From contig MU058584.1 in NCBI GenBank assembly GCA_013265495.1, positions 842,616-906,615 of the forward strand: a stretch of 64,000 nt of DNA, given 5' to 3'. The stretch is from Vicugna vicugna. Taxonomy: Eukaryota. Every line of letters begins with the position of its first letter. The stretch's first letter is position 1. The position numbers were made by a program, and so were the translations under genes. Positions 39,285 to 52,369 of the stretch are shown one piece after another. Below the pieces are notes generated by a model. The model saw only the letters and a list, made by a program, of their open reading frames with translations, searched no databases and was not told the origin of the DNA.

Positions 39285-39525
39285 AACAACTAATATTTAA
39301 TGAGAGCTTAACATATTCCTGGTACCATTCTAAGTGGTGTCGACAAATTTAATCTTCACAATCATCTTATGAAGTTGGTCGTCTCATGATTCCAGTTTCA
39401 CAGAGGGGAAACTGAGGCATAGAAACATTAAGTAACTCACTCAAGGTCATTAACCTAGCCAAGTGGCAGAGCTGGGATGTGGTCCACCTCTGGCCAACCT
39501 GCTTTCCACCTCTGTGCTCTAATCA
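39285..39525 (-). mobile_element. MIR SINE
   Basis: Reverse MIR: tttaatcttcacaatcatcttatgaag...cacagaggggaaactgaggcatagaaacattaagtaact. Confidence 0.8.
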
Positions 39526-41611
39526 CCTCCTGGAATGTTAGACACAGAATGTTTGTGCTGCTCAGTCGCATCAAGTCCCCAGTGTCATGCTGTTGAGATA
39601 CTGAAGGTATAATAGTGAGCCAGAGATAAAGGATTGGCCAGGCTGGGTGAAAAGAGGAAGGGAGAACATTTAAGCTTAAGTAAAGGCACAGAGATGTAAA
39701 CAGCAAAACAAGAGTGTGGAGATGGTTGTTGCTGAGGGGTCGAAGGGCAAAGATGAGGTTAAGGTGGCACCAAAATCAGGAGCCACTTCATTTTGGGATC
39801 CTCAGTATGTGACAAGTGCTTTCCAAACAAGGCTTTGCCTTTACCCAGTGGTAACAAAATACCATGCCATGTCCTCCGTCCCAGGATGCATGTTCCCTTT
39901 GCTGTAAGGTTTCAACCAGTCCTGGATCAGGACATCACAAAATTTAAGCAGGCAATAAGCCTCTCTGGGCCCTCTTTCCAGATTGTTCCCCAAATTGGTG
40001 GTTCTTCTTGACCCTACGTTCACAGTACAGACAGTGTGGAGAGTATGTCTGACCAAGCTCAGTGTGATGACAACCTAGGTGGTGAATGGACCATGGCAAT
40101 GGAAATTAAGGGATTTAAATTCTGGTTCCAGCTTGGTCATTATCCAGCTTTTGACTTTAGGTAAATCTCTGTGCCTTACTTTGCTCACTTATTAAATGGG
40201 AAGCATAAACTCTGCTTTCTGCACTTCATAGTGTTCCTGTAGAGGGACCAAATGAGGTAGCAGACATCAATGGGATTTGAAAGTCATATGCAGATATCAA
40301 GGGTTGTGATTTGTTACTTTTGGAAAAGAAGGAAATTAAAATAACCCAAACGTTATAAAACAATAGTTTCTATCAAGCAGAGGAAAGAGAAAGGGCTCAT
40401 TAGTGACTATTACGGTCCCTTGTGGTCTCCAAGAGAGACTCAAGTTACCTTTGGGGAATGAGGGGTTCTATCAACCCCGAACTCTGGCCATCCTGACTCC
40501 AAGGGATGCAGGGCCCTGTGCCCAGGGCAAGCAAATCTATGACAGTGTGTTTTTTCTGTGGAGAACAGTCTGATTGTTGACTTAGCTCTTGGTCCTAGCC
40601 AGCAGGCCTCTAAAGAGCATGGATGTGGCAAGATAGGCCTCCCAGGATTTTCTGGTGGTTTGGACACTGAATACATAGTAAAGTAAAGTAAAAGTTAAGA
40701 CATTCAAAACAATGAGGGTTTTTTTTTTTTCTGGCTTAAGTGGGAAGTTATGAATTGTTTAAAAATATAAAACTTTTTTTTTCTGCTTCATAGATATTTA
40801 TGACTTTGGCCATTGTCTTCTTTAGTGTGGTGATGACCTCATGTGTACTCATGACCAGCACCTGTTACAGTGCTTGGCTTATATAGGAAATTGATAAATG
40901 TTTGAGGAATAAGGAGAAGGCGGGAAAGAATGGAAGTCAAGAAGCTCTCTGGTTTCTCTGTGTTTCTTTTTGCTACAAAAAAGGATATAAATCATTCCAT
41001 GTGAGACTTGATCTGGTGATGTCAGGAAGCTAAGGAGGGGACATAGAATATCCTCCCTTTAAATGGTGGGGGTGCTAAGTAGGAGGATGATGGACTGACG
41101 TTCCCTGAGCTGCAGCTACTAATGTAAAGAGAAAGAGATCCAGCCTCCGGTGTCCAAGGGCTGGGAGAGCCCTTCCCCTGGCAAAGGTGGAGCAGCCTCT
41201 GTGCTTATTCCTAAAAGCCTAAGGTCTCCCTGCTTTGACCTATCAGCAGAACATTTTAGTAGTTACAAATAATGGGGGAAAATGTGTTTAAATTTACCCA
41301 GATTTGTGTAAAGTTCTTACCATTGGCATTTCAAAGGAAGAATTCAGATTTAATCTTTTGGGTGCTAGAAACAATGGTCAGGGGTCTAACAATGAAGTGT
41401 ATCTTCTATGTAAAAGCATTGCTAACTTGAGACGTGATTTATCCTGGCACAGAAGGAACCTTGGCTGTGGGGATAGGCTAAATCCGCCTTGAGAGAGCTA
41501 CAATATTCATTGGTTTATTTTTAGTAGGTTAGACCAATATTCAGGACTTTGTTACGGCTTTTTTTTTTTAATTGAAGAACTTGTTCAGTAGTGATGGATA
41601 GCTGTGCTATT

Positions 41612-41635
41612 ACCACCACCACCACCACCACCACC
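41612..41635. repeat. (ACC)8 trinucleotide repeat
   Basis: Seen directly in the sequence. Confidence 0.95.
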
Positions 41636-44600
41636 AATGATGGTAGCAACAACATGATGTATCTTTGGCTGCTAGCTATGTTCTTGATTAAATAAAATCA
41701 ATCCTTAATTTCTCTTATGAGCATAAATCTGAATTCCTCCCTTGAAATGCCAAGAGTAAGAAATTTATAAAAATTTGGGTAAATTTAAACACATTTTTCC
41801 TTATTTACAACCACTATGGATGCCCTGCATGTAGGCATAAACTAGCTTAGCCCACTTTTCTGTGAGGCTAGGGTGGCCTTCTCTTTAGAAATGGGTTTGA
41901 TCTTGGATTTTCTTAAGAAGATGTGAGCCCAAAGTTCAATTGGCCAACAGTTAAAGCATTTGGGGCTGCCTTTACTTGGTAGGGTAGAATATCTTCGCTC
42001 TGGGCAATTGGTAGGGCGTAAGCTTGAATTCTCAGTCATGCACTGCTTTTTAAAAACCCCTGTGTTTCCTCTGTGGCCTCTCTTCCTGGTGGGTCCTGAA
42101 CTCTCATCTTTGTTTTGTCAGACTTTCAAGAGCTCAGCTCTGCCTTTCAGAGGGTTTCTTCTTAGGTTTTTACATTGCCTCTCTATACAACCCTGACAGT
42201 AGGCAAATGTGCTGAGCAAGAAAAAAGCTGCCTACTAGAAGGATCCCAGGTCTACTTCAGATGCTCTGAGATTTTGTCCTGTGCTGACCCTCTACCAGTG
42301 CAAAACCCAGAGCTGGCCTCTTGCCCTGGCCCCAGCTGACAGATGGCTAAACCTGACTATGGAAGTCATCTCAACTCTTAGATTCTGCCTTCCTCTGTTC
42401 TCACTACCTCAGCAGCAATCAGATGCCTGCAAATACATGATTTACAAATTTTATCTGCCAGGTATTCTCAGGGACAGCGTTGGTTACTGCAAGCTACTCC
42501 ATCCCACCTGGAATCAGAAATAAAAAGTTAATTTTTACCTTGTTGCCCTTATGATTTGTGTTAACTGATTATGCTTTGCTTTTTGAATTGGCTACTAGGA
42601 AGTTCAGAGACAGCCGTGAGGCCCATCACCAGCCAAAGGTGTAAAACCGAATGTTAATATATTTTGGATATTAACCTTAGCTCCAGCTTCCCTTATTGTC
42701 CCTGTTCTCTTTCCCTTACCCACATTTCTTCACTTATTTGTTTATTTAGTATCTTGTTCAGCTTTGGAAGCCAATTCCAATCTCTTGTTTTAGAATGAAT
42801 CACAGTAAGAATAGTTAAAAAATAATTAGCACCTAACCTTTATTAAGTGTTACTGCTCCAAGCGTTACTCTAAGCTTTAGTCTGCTCTAAACATTACTAT
42901 CTAAGTACTTGACATGGATTAACTCGTATTTCCTTCCAGCATCCTTATAAACAAGTACTACTAGTACCAGTAAACTGAGAGGATTGAACTTCAAGTAATC
43001 TTTCTAAGGCCATAAAACCTCGGAATTGTGTAAGGATGTAGTATTGAAAACAAACGATTCCTTCTTCTCCTCCTAGATCATTTATTGAGCCCTACTGCCT
43101 TCCATGAAGCGTGCTAAGTTCTTTGTATACATTATATTAAATCTCTACGACAACCCTGCTTGGCAGGATGATTAAAGACTAGGGGATTGAGGTTCGGAGA
43201 GGCTTAGTAACTTGCCCTGGGGTCCCACGATTTGAAAATGGCAGAATCAAGTTTTAAGCATAGACCGGTTTTGATTCTAAACCATGCCGCAGCTTTCTTC
43301 CCAATGCCTAACGTCACGGTTACCCAGCTGCCTTCAACTTACCTCCGTTTTGAGGGAAAAGGCACATTGCTTTACTATGAGGTCTTCACTGACTTCGGTA
43401 ACCAGGAAGAAGATGTATCTTGTCTGACCCTCATACAGCTGGATCGGCGAGCCCCCTCTTCTGGAACTGTGTAATAGTTGTTTCTAGAATGTCTTCTGGG
43501 TTTTTAAGAAAACTGCAATTGTAAAGGACTATTCTGAAGGAGAATTTCAATCTGGAGAAAAGAGGCCTTGGCAGCATAGCCTCATTGCACCTAAAGGAAC
43601 CCACCTAACTTTCCTCGGCACCTTGCAAGACCCTGTTATGCAGATCTTTACCAATCTTAAGTAGCCTGCGAGGTAAAGCTTGAGGACAGAAGGGGCCCTA
43701 ACAACAGCTTCTTTAATTGTGCCACCTTGGCATTTCTGGAACTGGAAAAACTAGGTCACAGTAGCCTGGGTGTGAGGACAGAGGAACCAGGGTTCAGGAG
43801 ATCTGCACTCCAGTCCTAGTTACACTAGCCAGCTGTGCATCCTTGAGTAAGTCAATTCACCTTTCTGGGCCTTAGAAGTTCTGGTATTTAACATGGATCC
43901 CCTGAAGGCATTGGCCTAAAGTCCTGTCTCTGAAGTTCTATGATTGCAAATGTTCCTTTGGGCCATAGACTGTCTTGGATCCCCTGATTGACCCCAGTAA
44001 CCGCACCCCTCCCCAACGCTGGTCAGTCTTATCTTCTGTGTGCCCAGGGAGGCCCAGGTGTCAGCTCTCCACGCCTCGGTCCTCATGTGTGCCCTGTGTG
44101 TGTTTTCCTGGAAGCTGCATATAGGACACTCATTGATGGGGGAGCCTGTGGTCTGGAGCGAACAGTGAGATGGTAAACATCACGGAACAAGCAGCCCTTT
44201 CAGGCTGTCAACTTTGGCAGCACAGTATGAAAATAATTCTTGGAAGCTGGGGCCTGGTGGCAGCTGCTTCTCCTCAGCCTGCCTGCCAGCCCTACCAGAG
44301 CTCGGGAAGCACCGGGCTCCCGCCTGGGCAGGCAGCAGTCGGTGCTGGTAGTTTTCCACTCTGGGAAACTGGAAAAGTGAATTGGCTTCTCTGTCCAGGA
44401 GGTTGGTGGGTAGCGGAAGCGTCAGGAAACCACCGGGACGGCTCAGCAGGCAAAGTCAGGGGATAGTTCTTTGCTGCAGAGTCTCTACTTCCCTTGCTGC
44501 TTCTCTGCCTCTTCACGCTTCTTTATATTTCATGATGTAGAGCTCTGAGCCAGACTGATGGGCTCTGATAAAGGTTGAAGTGGGCTTGGGGAAAGGTAAG

Positions 44601-46039
44601 GAGACCTGACATTTAGGACCTGGGGCTACTTGGCAGTTCTGAGTCCTTGCTATTGGCCGGGATCCCTTCCACAGCAGGAGGTTACCCAAAATAGGCATCT
44701 TCAATAGGAAAACCACACTGGTACTGCTGAGAAGTGCCACGTTGGTTGCCCTGGGCCAAGGTTCATCCCGGTTTCAAAGACCTGCTAGGATGGAAAAGGC
44801 CGTCCAGGATCAGCTTGTCTGTTTTCCTGTGTCCTTTCTCTGAGGCTCCTGGGAATTCTGATTCACCAAGAAACTGCCCAATGGCTGCTTTGCTGGCCCT
44901 TGTCTCTGAATTCTTTGTCCTCATCTTTACATTCCCTGGTCTCGGCGTGTAGACCTCCAGCTCCGCTCCATTGTCTGAAGACGGTTTGTAATACTTGTGA
45001 CCCAGAGCCTTACTCTGGCTTGAGCTGGGGATCGTCCACTGACTAATATTCATGCCAGAGCTTCTCTTCCTCTCATGCCAATGCCTACAGAGCCCTTGAA
45101 AGAGAATCCTTGCTGCTCCCTGTCCTCTGGAGATGGTTGTGAACTGGGCTCAAGATAGGGTTCACTCTGACAAACCTTGACCCTTGTTGGGGAAAGCATT
45201 GCCCTCTGAAATGAAATTTTTCAGCAAACATGGGCTGAGTATCTTCCTTGGGAGGTTCTGGGGCAGAGAAATGAAACAATTATAGCATCTCTGAAAAATT
45301 CAACATGTGGGGAAGTTCACAGTCCCCATCCATCCATCCTTGCATTCATCCTTCCATCTGCCTATTCATCTCTATACCTCTCTGTCTATTTATTCTTTTG
45401 CCAAATGTGTGTTGAGCATCTAATGATGCTCTGTGTTGGCAGGTGGTAAAGGGGAGAAGAAAGAATCTGATATGATTATTATCTTCAGAATTGCTCACAG
45501 GTTCAATAAGGAGTTAAACAAGCACAAGTAAAACAGAACATTTCTGGTGAAGGTTGTGACCTAAAAGAATCCCCCATCCCCCCATCATCACTTTTATTCC
45601 CCAAATAAAATTGTTCTAGTGTTTTCCATAGTTTTGTCACACTACCTGAAATAGTAACGGCTAATAACAGCAATTGTCAAATAGACAATTTGATTGCCTA
45701 TTTGACTGTTAAAAATCTATTATTTTTTTATCAGTCTCCCTACTAAAAGGTAAGGTCCATGAGAAAAACCATGTTTATCTATCTTGTTTACTACCATATC
45801 TTCAGACTAGTACCTGATGTATAGCAGGAACTTATTTATAAAATAAATACATGAACAGTCATTAAATAAATATACTTTTATAAAGATAGGTTACAGTAAA
45901 GTATGTCATGACTCAGACTTGTAAGGAAGCCTCAGATATTTGCTGTCTGGTTACATGACGATAGTAGGGACTATCTTTCCCTAACTTACCAGGTCTTTGT
46001 TTTTCAGTCTTGTAATAATGAACAATAGAAAACTCCTCT

Positions 46040-46800
46040 TTTATCACTTTTTCAGCAGGCATTTATTGAGCACTCAGTTGATGCTGGACACCCTACTAGA
46101 AATTGGAGAGACAACAGGGAGAAATATAGACAAGGTCTCTGCCCTTAAGACATGTACGATTTACTGGGGAGACCAAAATTAGACAATTATTTATACTACA
46201 GTTGTGAAAATGCTATAAAGAAAACCAGTGCATTATAAGAGCATATAACAGAGATTCCCCATCTAGCTGGGGGCTCAGAGGAGTTCTCTGAGTTGAGGGG
46301 GTTGGGGTCCGAGAGCTGAAGGTTGAGCAAGAGTTAGCAGGCAAAGGAGGAGAAAGGAAGAACCTTCCAGGCAAAGGGAACACCCTGTTTAGAGAGAACT
46401 TGAGGTTTGAAGGTACTTTGTGCCATTGTGAGAGAAGACTAGTGTTCTGGGATTCAGAGAGTGATGGCCCGGGATGGCCCAAGATGAGGCCAGAGAGGTG
46501 GCCTAAGGCCTGATCAGGTAGACCTCTTGGGTCACATCGTCCTAGGAATCCTGGGAAGCTGTTAGAAGGTTCATGTCAGAATAAGGCTTTAGGAAACTCA
46601 TTCGTGTTACTGGATGGAGAAGGGACAATAGGGGAACCAGGAAGACGAGCTGGAAGGCATTATACAGACCAATCACGAGGTGGTGGATGTTGGGCCCTGC
46701 ATAGGAGGAGTGGGGAGGGAGAGAAATAGCTGGACTTTAGAAGTCTGTGGGAGGTAAATGTGAGAGATTTGCTGATTGACTGGATGATTCTGAGGCCAAG
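46040..46800 (-). mobile_element. L2 LINE fragment
   Basis: Reverse L2: tttattgagcactc...aaggtctctgccctt...ccaggcaaagggaacacc...gatttgctgattgactggatg. Confidence 0.75.
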
Positions 46801-47057
46801 TTTACATCTCACCCCTTGATTGCCTCTCAGCAGGGATAATGTGTCACTTATCCTCCTGAACACCTCCTCTCCAAGAATTCTGTATTTGTTCAGAGGTTCA
46901 GAGACTCCCTTCTTGACTCAGGGAGAGCCCTTCCAATTCTCATCAATGCTGTGGCCACTCTGCTGTCCACACATGGTTGACATAAGCCCCTTTGTGTGAT
47001 GGAAGGGCTGGAGAGGATGAGGAGGAGGGGAGCTCTGGCCCATTTAGCAGTTTCTTT

Positions 47058-47209
47058 TTTTTTTCAGTCTTTTTATTTATTTTTTTGTTGAGGGAGAGGT
47101 AATTAGATTTATTTACTTATTTAATTTTTAATGGAGGTACTGGGGATTGAATCCAGGACCTCGTGCATGCCAAGCATGTGCTCTACCCACTGCACTATAC
47201 CCCCCCCCA
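47058..47209 (-). mobile_element. Full-length Vic-1-type camelid tRNA-Ala-derived SINE with TSD
   Basis: The reverse complement reads ggggggggtatagtgcagtgggtagagcacatgcttggcatgcacgaggtcctggattcaatccccagtacctcca (tRNA-Ala-like A and B boxes), then an A-rich tail. TSD: ccatttagcagtttcttt (47040-47057) / ccatttagcactgtcttt (47210-47227). Confidence 0.9.
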
Positions 47210-47267
47210 CCATTTAGCACTGTCTTTATGCAGAGAATAGAAGCCTCTTCTTGTAGCCCAGTTCCTC

Positions 47268-47432
47268 TAGTTATCAAACTTGAATGTGCATCAAAGTCAG
47301 CTTGCTGAGCCCCATCCCCAGAGTGTCTGATCCAGTAGGTCTGGGGTGGGGACTGATAATTTGCATTTCTAACCAGTCTGCAGGTGATGATGATTGCTGC
47401 TGGTCCTGGGAGCATGCTCAAGGAGCACAGCT
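47268..47432. mobile_element. MER5A-like hAT-Charlie fossil
   Basis: ccccagagtgtctgatccagtaggtctggggtgggg...aatttgcatttctaac...ggtgatgatgattgctgctggtcc. Confidence 0.8.
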
Positions 47433-48114
47433 TTAACACAATGATACATAAGGAGCACCAAGAGCCCTTGGGGAGGGAACTGGTTCTCCTTTACACCAAA
47501 TAGAGTGTCCTAGGGGGACCTCAGTCTCTCTGTCTCCCTCTCTCTCTGTTAAATAGGGAAAGCTCCCATTTTTTTTTAAATTGCCTTCACATCATTATTG
47601 AATCTCCAGTGAAGAACAGTGAATAACTTATTTTACAAGGAACACGCCCCGGTTTATAGACAATACCCACTTCCAGGATGCAGGAGGTGAACGCGGGATA
47701 AATCTATTTATAGAGGCTAAGGAGCCAGGGACTGGTGCCCGAGTTTAGTTAGAACACAAAAGAGAAAGGATTTCTGAGCCCAGGAGATGTAACAGAACTG
47801 AAATGTTGCATGAAGGCAGACGCAGCCACAGCGGCTCTGTTAAAATGTCTTGGTTGCTGTTCCCAAGATAAGCAGTGCCTTGGTCGGGAAGTTGTTTGCA
47901 ATAATAGCATGATTCACCCCACACGACCCTCCTTTCCCATTTCTGGTTTACTTGAGATATTCCGAGAAGCAGTTCTCACTACACTCATGGCTCGGTGACT
48001 AGAGATACACGACAGCCAGGAAGAGAGCCCAGTGGGACCATGAGTGAGGATTTCTCTGGCCCTCCAGCGTGACCCCAGAGACTCAGCCTGTGTGCAGGCT
48101 CGGGGGGATCTGGG

Positions 48115-48304
48115 CACTGTGGTTCCCAAGACTGGCTGCACAGCAGAATCACCTGGGAAACCTTAGAAATGTGCAGGTTCCTGGGCTCAGCTTCAGATAT
48201 GCCAGAGAAAAATCTCTAAGAGGCGGCTGACAAACATGTATTCTAGAACCTTCCCAGGCAACTCCGGAGCAATTGGTTTATGGACTAGCTTTTGGGAACC
48301 ACTG
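48115..48304. mobile_element. MER5-like hAT-Charlie fossil
   Basis: Terminal inverted repeats ctgtggttcccaa ... ttgggaaccactg, with agaatcacctggg inside. Confidence 0.75.
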
Positions 48305-48884
48305 CCTTAGAGCGTGTCTACTTCAGCCCATTGCTCTACACACAAGGAAATGGAGACCCAAATAAAGTATGGAGTTTGCTCAGGTCCCACATGGTTCGAA
48401 TGGTAGAGCCAGGAGTGAACTTGAAATCTTTTGAGTTTCAGAGGTTGTGTAGTTTAGTGAGGTCCCACCCAGTCTTTAGAGTCAGATTCTAATCTGAGTT
48501 AATATTTACTCAATGAGAGGCCCTGGGCAGTTATTTAAACTCTTACCTCCTAAAATGGGTAATTAGTGTGAAATATGAAATAAGGAGTGTGAAAATGCTT
48601 ATCTCATTGCCTGACACGTGATAAATGCTTCTAAGGATGCTATTATTACTGTCTTTCCTCAAATTTTAGAAACTGCTGACTCTGAGATGTATCATTACTT
48701 TATGTGCCTCTAAGGAAAAAAAAACACAATTAAACTATGACTCACTATTTGCTTGCAAGATGCATTCAGATTTTAGAGATATTAATGTAAAAGAAAAAAG
48801 GGAAATATGATATTCCACTTCTCTTTCCTCCATCCTATGAAGATTATTATGTTGCTTAAATACTTTAATAGTAAATGCAAATTT

Positions 48885-49382
48885 CTGTTTTTTTTTATTC
48901 AAGTACAGTCAGTTACCATGTGTCAATTTCTGATGTACAGAACAATGTCCCAGTCATGTGCATACATACATATATTCGTTTTCATATTCTTTTTCATTAA
49001 AGGTTATTCCAAGGTATTGAATATAGTTCCCTGTGCTATACAGAAGAAATTTGTTTTTTTAATCTATTTTTATAAATACTGGCTAACATTTGCAAATCTC
49101 AAACTCTCAAATTTAGCCCTTCTCACTCCCTTTTCCCCAGTAACCATAAGATTGTTTACTATGTCTGCGAGTCTGTTTCTGTTTTGTAGATGAGTTCATT
49201 AGTGTCCTCTTTTCTTCTTTTTTTAGATTCCACGTATGAGTGATATCATATGGTATTTTTCTTTCTCTTTCTGGCTTACTTCACTTAGAATGACAATTTC
49301 TAGGTCCATCTGTGTTGCTGCAAATGGCATTATTTTATTCTTTTTTTGTCTGAGTAGTATTCCATTATATAAATATACCACA
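48885..49382 (-). mobile_element. 5'-truncated camelid-type L1 3' end
   Basis: Highly similar to 8115-8600. The reverse ORF reads IMPFAATQMDLEIVILSEVSQKEKEKYHMISL. Confidence 0.9.
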
Positions 49383-49995
49383 ACCAAGTTAGTAGAGTGC
49401 TTTAAACAGAAGAGTTGCATGATCTGACTTACATTTTAATAGCTACGTGGAGCAAAGTGGACAAAGGGAGGCCAGTTAGGAGATTCTTGTTCTATTTCTG
49501 GTGACAGGGGACAGTGAACTGGCCTATAATGGGAGCACAATATGTGCAAAGGTAGGTGGGATATGTGAATATTTTTAGAGTAGCTAATAGCATTTTACTA
49601 TCAGCTGATAGACTGGATATGAAGTGTGAAAGGAGTCAAAGATGGACCTCAAGATTTTTGGCTCTGCTAACGGGAAGGATGGAGTTGGCTGAAATGAAAA
49701 TGACTAGAGGATGGCTTGGAGGGGACTGTATTTGGCTCAAATGTCTTCTTACTCCTGGTCTAAATCTATCTCAAAGATTTACCTGCTTTTTGCAATGAAT
49801 GTTTTTTAAGCACCTATTCTCTCCCCAGGTGTGCACTGAGAAGTGAAAGAAAGAAAAATGAACAAGATACAATCCTTTTTTTTTTTCCTCCAAAGTTTGC
49901 CATCTGCAGGAGAGTTAGGACTCACACACAAATAAATATATTACAAAGTAGCCTGTCCCTACTGCTCTAACAGAGATATTCAAAATGTCAGAAAT

Positions 49996-50065
49996 AGCTG
50001 AGTCACTATGCTGCACACCAGAAACTAACACAGCGCAGTAGATCAACGACACTTCAGTAAAAAGA
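49996..50065 (+). mobile_element. About 70-nt L1 3' terminus with TSD
   Basis: gagtcactatgctgcacaccagaaactaacac...cttcagt followed by an A tail. TSD: aaaatgtcagaaat (49982-49995) / aaaaagtcagaaat (50066-50079). Confidence 0.85.
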
Positions 50066-52369
50066 AAAAAGTCAGAAATCAGAGAGAGGAGAGATTTGTT
50101 GGAATTGGTACTATCCTTCCTCAAAAACACTTGCTTTCATTGACCACAAACTCATTGGACTGCAGAAGGAGACTGCCAGGTCATCACTTAAGCTAGTCTT
50201 TCTACTTCAAGTACACTGACCTCTTTGCTGTACCTCAAACAACCAAGAATGCTCTTTCCTTGTACTTCCTGTTCCCTGTACACAAAACTTGCTCACCTGG
50301 CTTGCCGTCTTCCTTCATTGAGACCTCTGCTCAGTCACCGTATCTCAGAGGACTTTCTGATCTCTTTGCTTAAAGGAGCACCTGTCCCCTTTCTGTACTT
50401 TGTTTCCTTCCTGGCATTTACCATCTTCTCTCATAGTAAATATTTATTTGCTTATTGTCTTCTCCCCAACCCTAGAATGTAAACTGTGACAAAAGGCACT
50501 TTGACTGTTTGATGTTGTATCCCCATAAACCCCTTGCCCCAGAATCACTGGATACTTAATTAGTAAAAATAGGAATTAAAAAAAAAAAGACTATGGATTT
50601 GGAAAGCAATAAGGAAACAAGTAGATTGTCACGCAGAGGGTGATGTTGGAGGTAGGACTGGGTTCAGGAACAAAGCATTGGTTTCAGAAGGGAGGGAGGG
50701 TGTCAGAGAGAGATTCTCTCACTGTCTGCAGAGCTGCCCTCAGCAGCCTGGCATCTTGGAAGAGACAGCTTGCCTTGGGTCCCTCTTTTGGTTAAAGCAG
50801 AGGAGGGCAGTCTGGTGCACTGGGACAAACTCTGGATTAGGACTCGGAAATGTGATCTGAATCAAACCCCTACCGCTTAATAGCTGTGGGGCTTGAGCTG
50901 GTTTCCTCATATGTAATTTGAAAATAATAGTACATGCGCTGCCTACTACACAGGGTCATTGCAAGGGTAGAAGAGAGGTCGGCAACTGGACAGCACTTTG
51001 CACACCGTGAAGAGCTGTATTTTAGGGGTCAGGATGGGAATCGGGGGCACTTTGACAGGGATGATAAGCAAAGAAATCAGGAAAGCCGGCCTTGGCCAGC
51101 CAGGCCCCCTCCCTGGGAGGTCCCTGAGGGGAACAGACACACAGGGGGCTGTGGCAAAGGGAATGCGAAGTCCCCCCTTAGTAGCTGGCCTTGGGTCCCA
51201 CATGCCAATGCAGGTGTTCTTTAAACTGAGGCATGTAGTGTCTGGGTTAACGGCCTCTGGGAGCCTCTCCGTGCCGGCTGAGTCACTGGTGCTAAGAGCT
51301 AAAGCACTTGGCGCACCCATCGACGTGTAGAAGAAGCTTCGCGGAGGAGGCCAGGGCAGGCCCTGAGTCAGGGTACTGCCCCTGCTGCAAAATGGAACAA
51401 AGCAGAAGAGGGGACCGTGGTGCGTGTGACTTTTTGAAACGTACGCTGACCTCACTCGCTGGTAATTTTGGCCTCACTGGTATTCTGGATTAGGATTTCC
51501 TCATCCTTACTCCTCCCTTCAGTTTCACATTCCAGAGAGTTCAGATTTTGAGAATCTGATGCTTTGTTTCTGAACCTCCCAGATTTGCACTTAAGATTCA
51601 AGCATAACGATTATCTGCGGAACCGATCACCTCAGATGGAGAAATGATACATTTGACAAGAACAGGCAAAATGATACTAAATCCTCAAGTTCATCTCTTG
51701 TTTCCCATCTGACTTGGGAAATGCAGTGGACAGAAACATAGGGCAGTTTCAATTGGGTATATGGCCATGTTTCTCGCCAAAGTTGCCTGTATATGGTTTT
51801 GCTTAATTGTACTGTTTCTGGAAGTATCCTCTGGCCCTCAGCCCAGAGCCACCCTTCCTTTTCTTAGGGTCAGACAAGAATCCAGGAGCTTTACTAGGTG
51901 TGGTATGGGCAGAAGGGCCCCTTGCCTTGAGTGTGTCATGGGTGCAGTGGGGATCCTTGTTCTCCAAGTCCACCGTGTTCCTCAAGGACAGCAGTGTGGC
52001 TGCTTGTGTGCCAAGCTCGAGCACCATGCTCACACGAAACCACTTTCCCTCTGATGTCTTACTAGCCTTTCCAGGGAACTTCCAGGAAAGGAGCTTTATT
52101 CCTTCTAACACTGTGATTTGCCTGCCGCTGTCCCCTTCTAGCCTTGGGACGCCTCACCTGTCTTCCCGCACCTCTACTTCATCTGTAGTCCCTCAAGGTG
52201 GGCAGGCTTTCCAGGAAGCCAGTAGTCATCAAGCCAGTTTTCTTATTTCTGCCCTGTAAACATTAATCTCCCTCGGGGTGAAGGAACATGAAGACCTGTC
52301 TACCTGCTTGGAAAAGGGGAGGGAAAATATGCAAGTAAAAATCGCAATATATCATCCTGCCCCAGAGGT

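Noticed and set aside
47128..47209. Apparent tRNA-Ala gene on the minus strand
   Set aside because: Stems are mutated, and an A-rich tail plus TSD show it is a SINE head.
48885..49382. Similarity to 8115-8600 suggesting a local segmental duplication
   Set aside because: Similarity is confined to L1 3'-end sequence and the flanks differ, so these are independent insertions.
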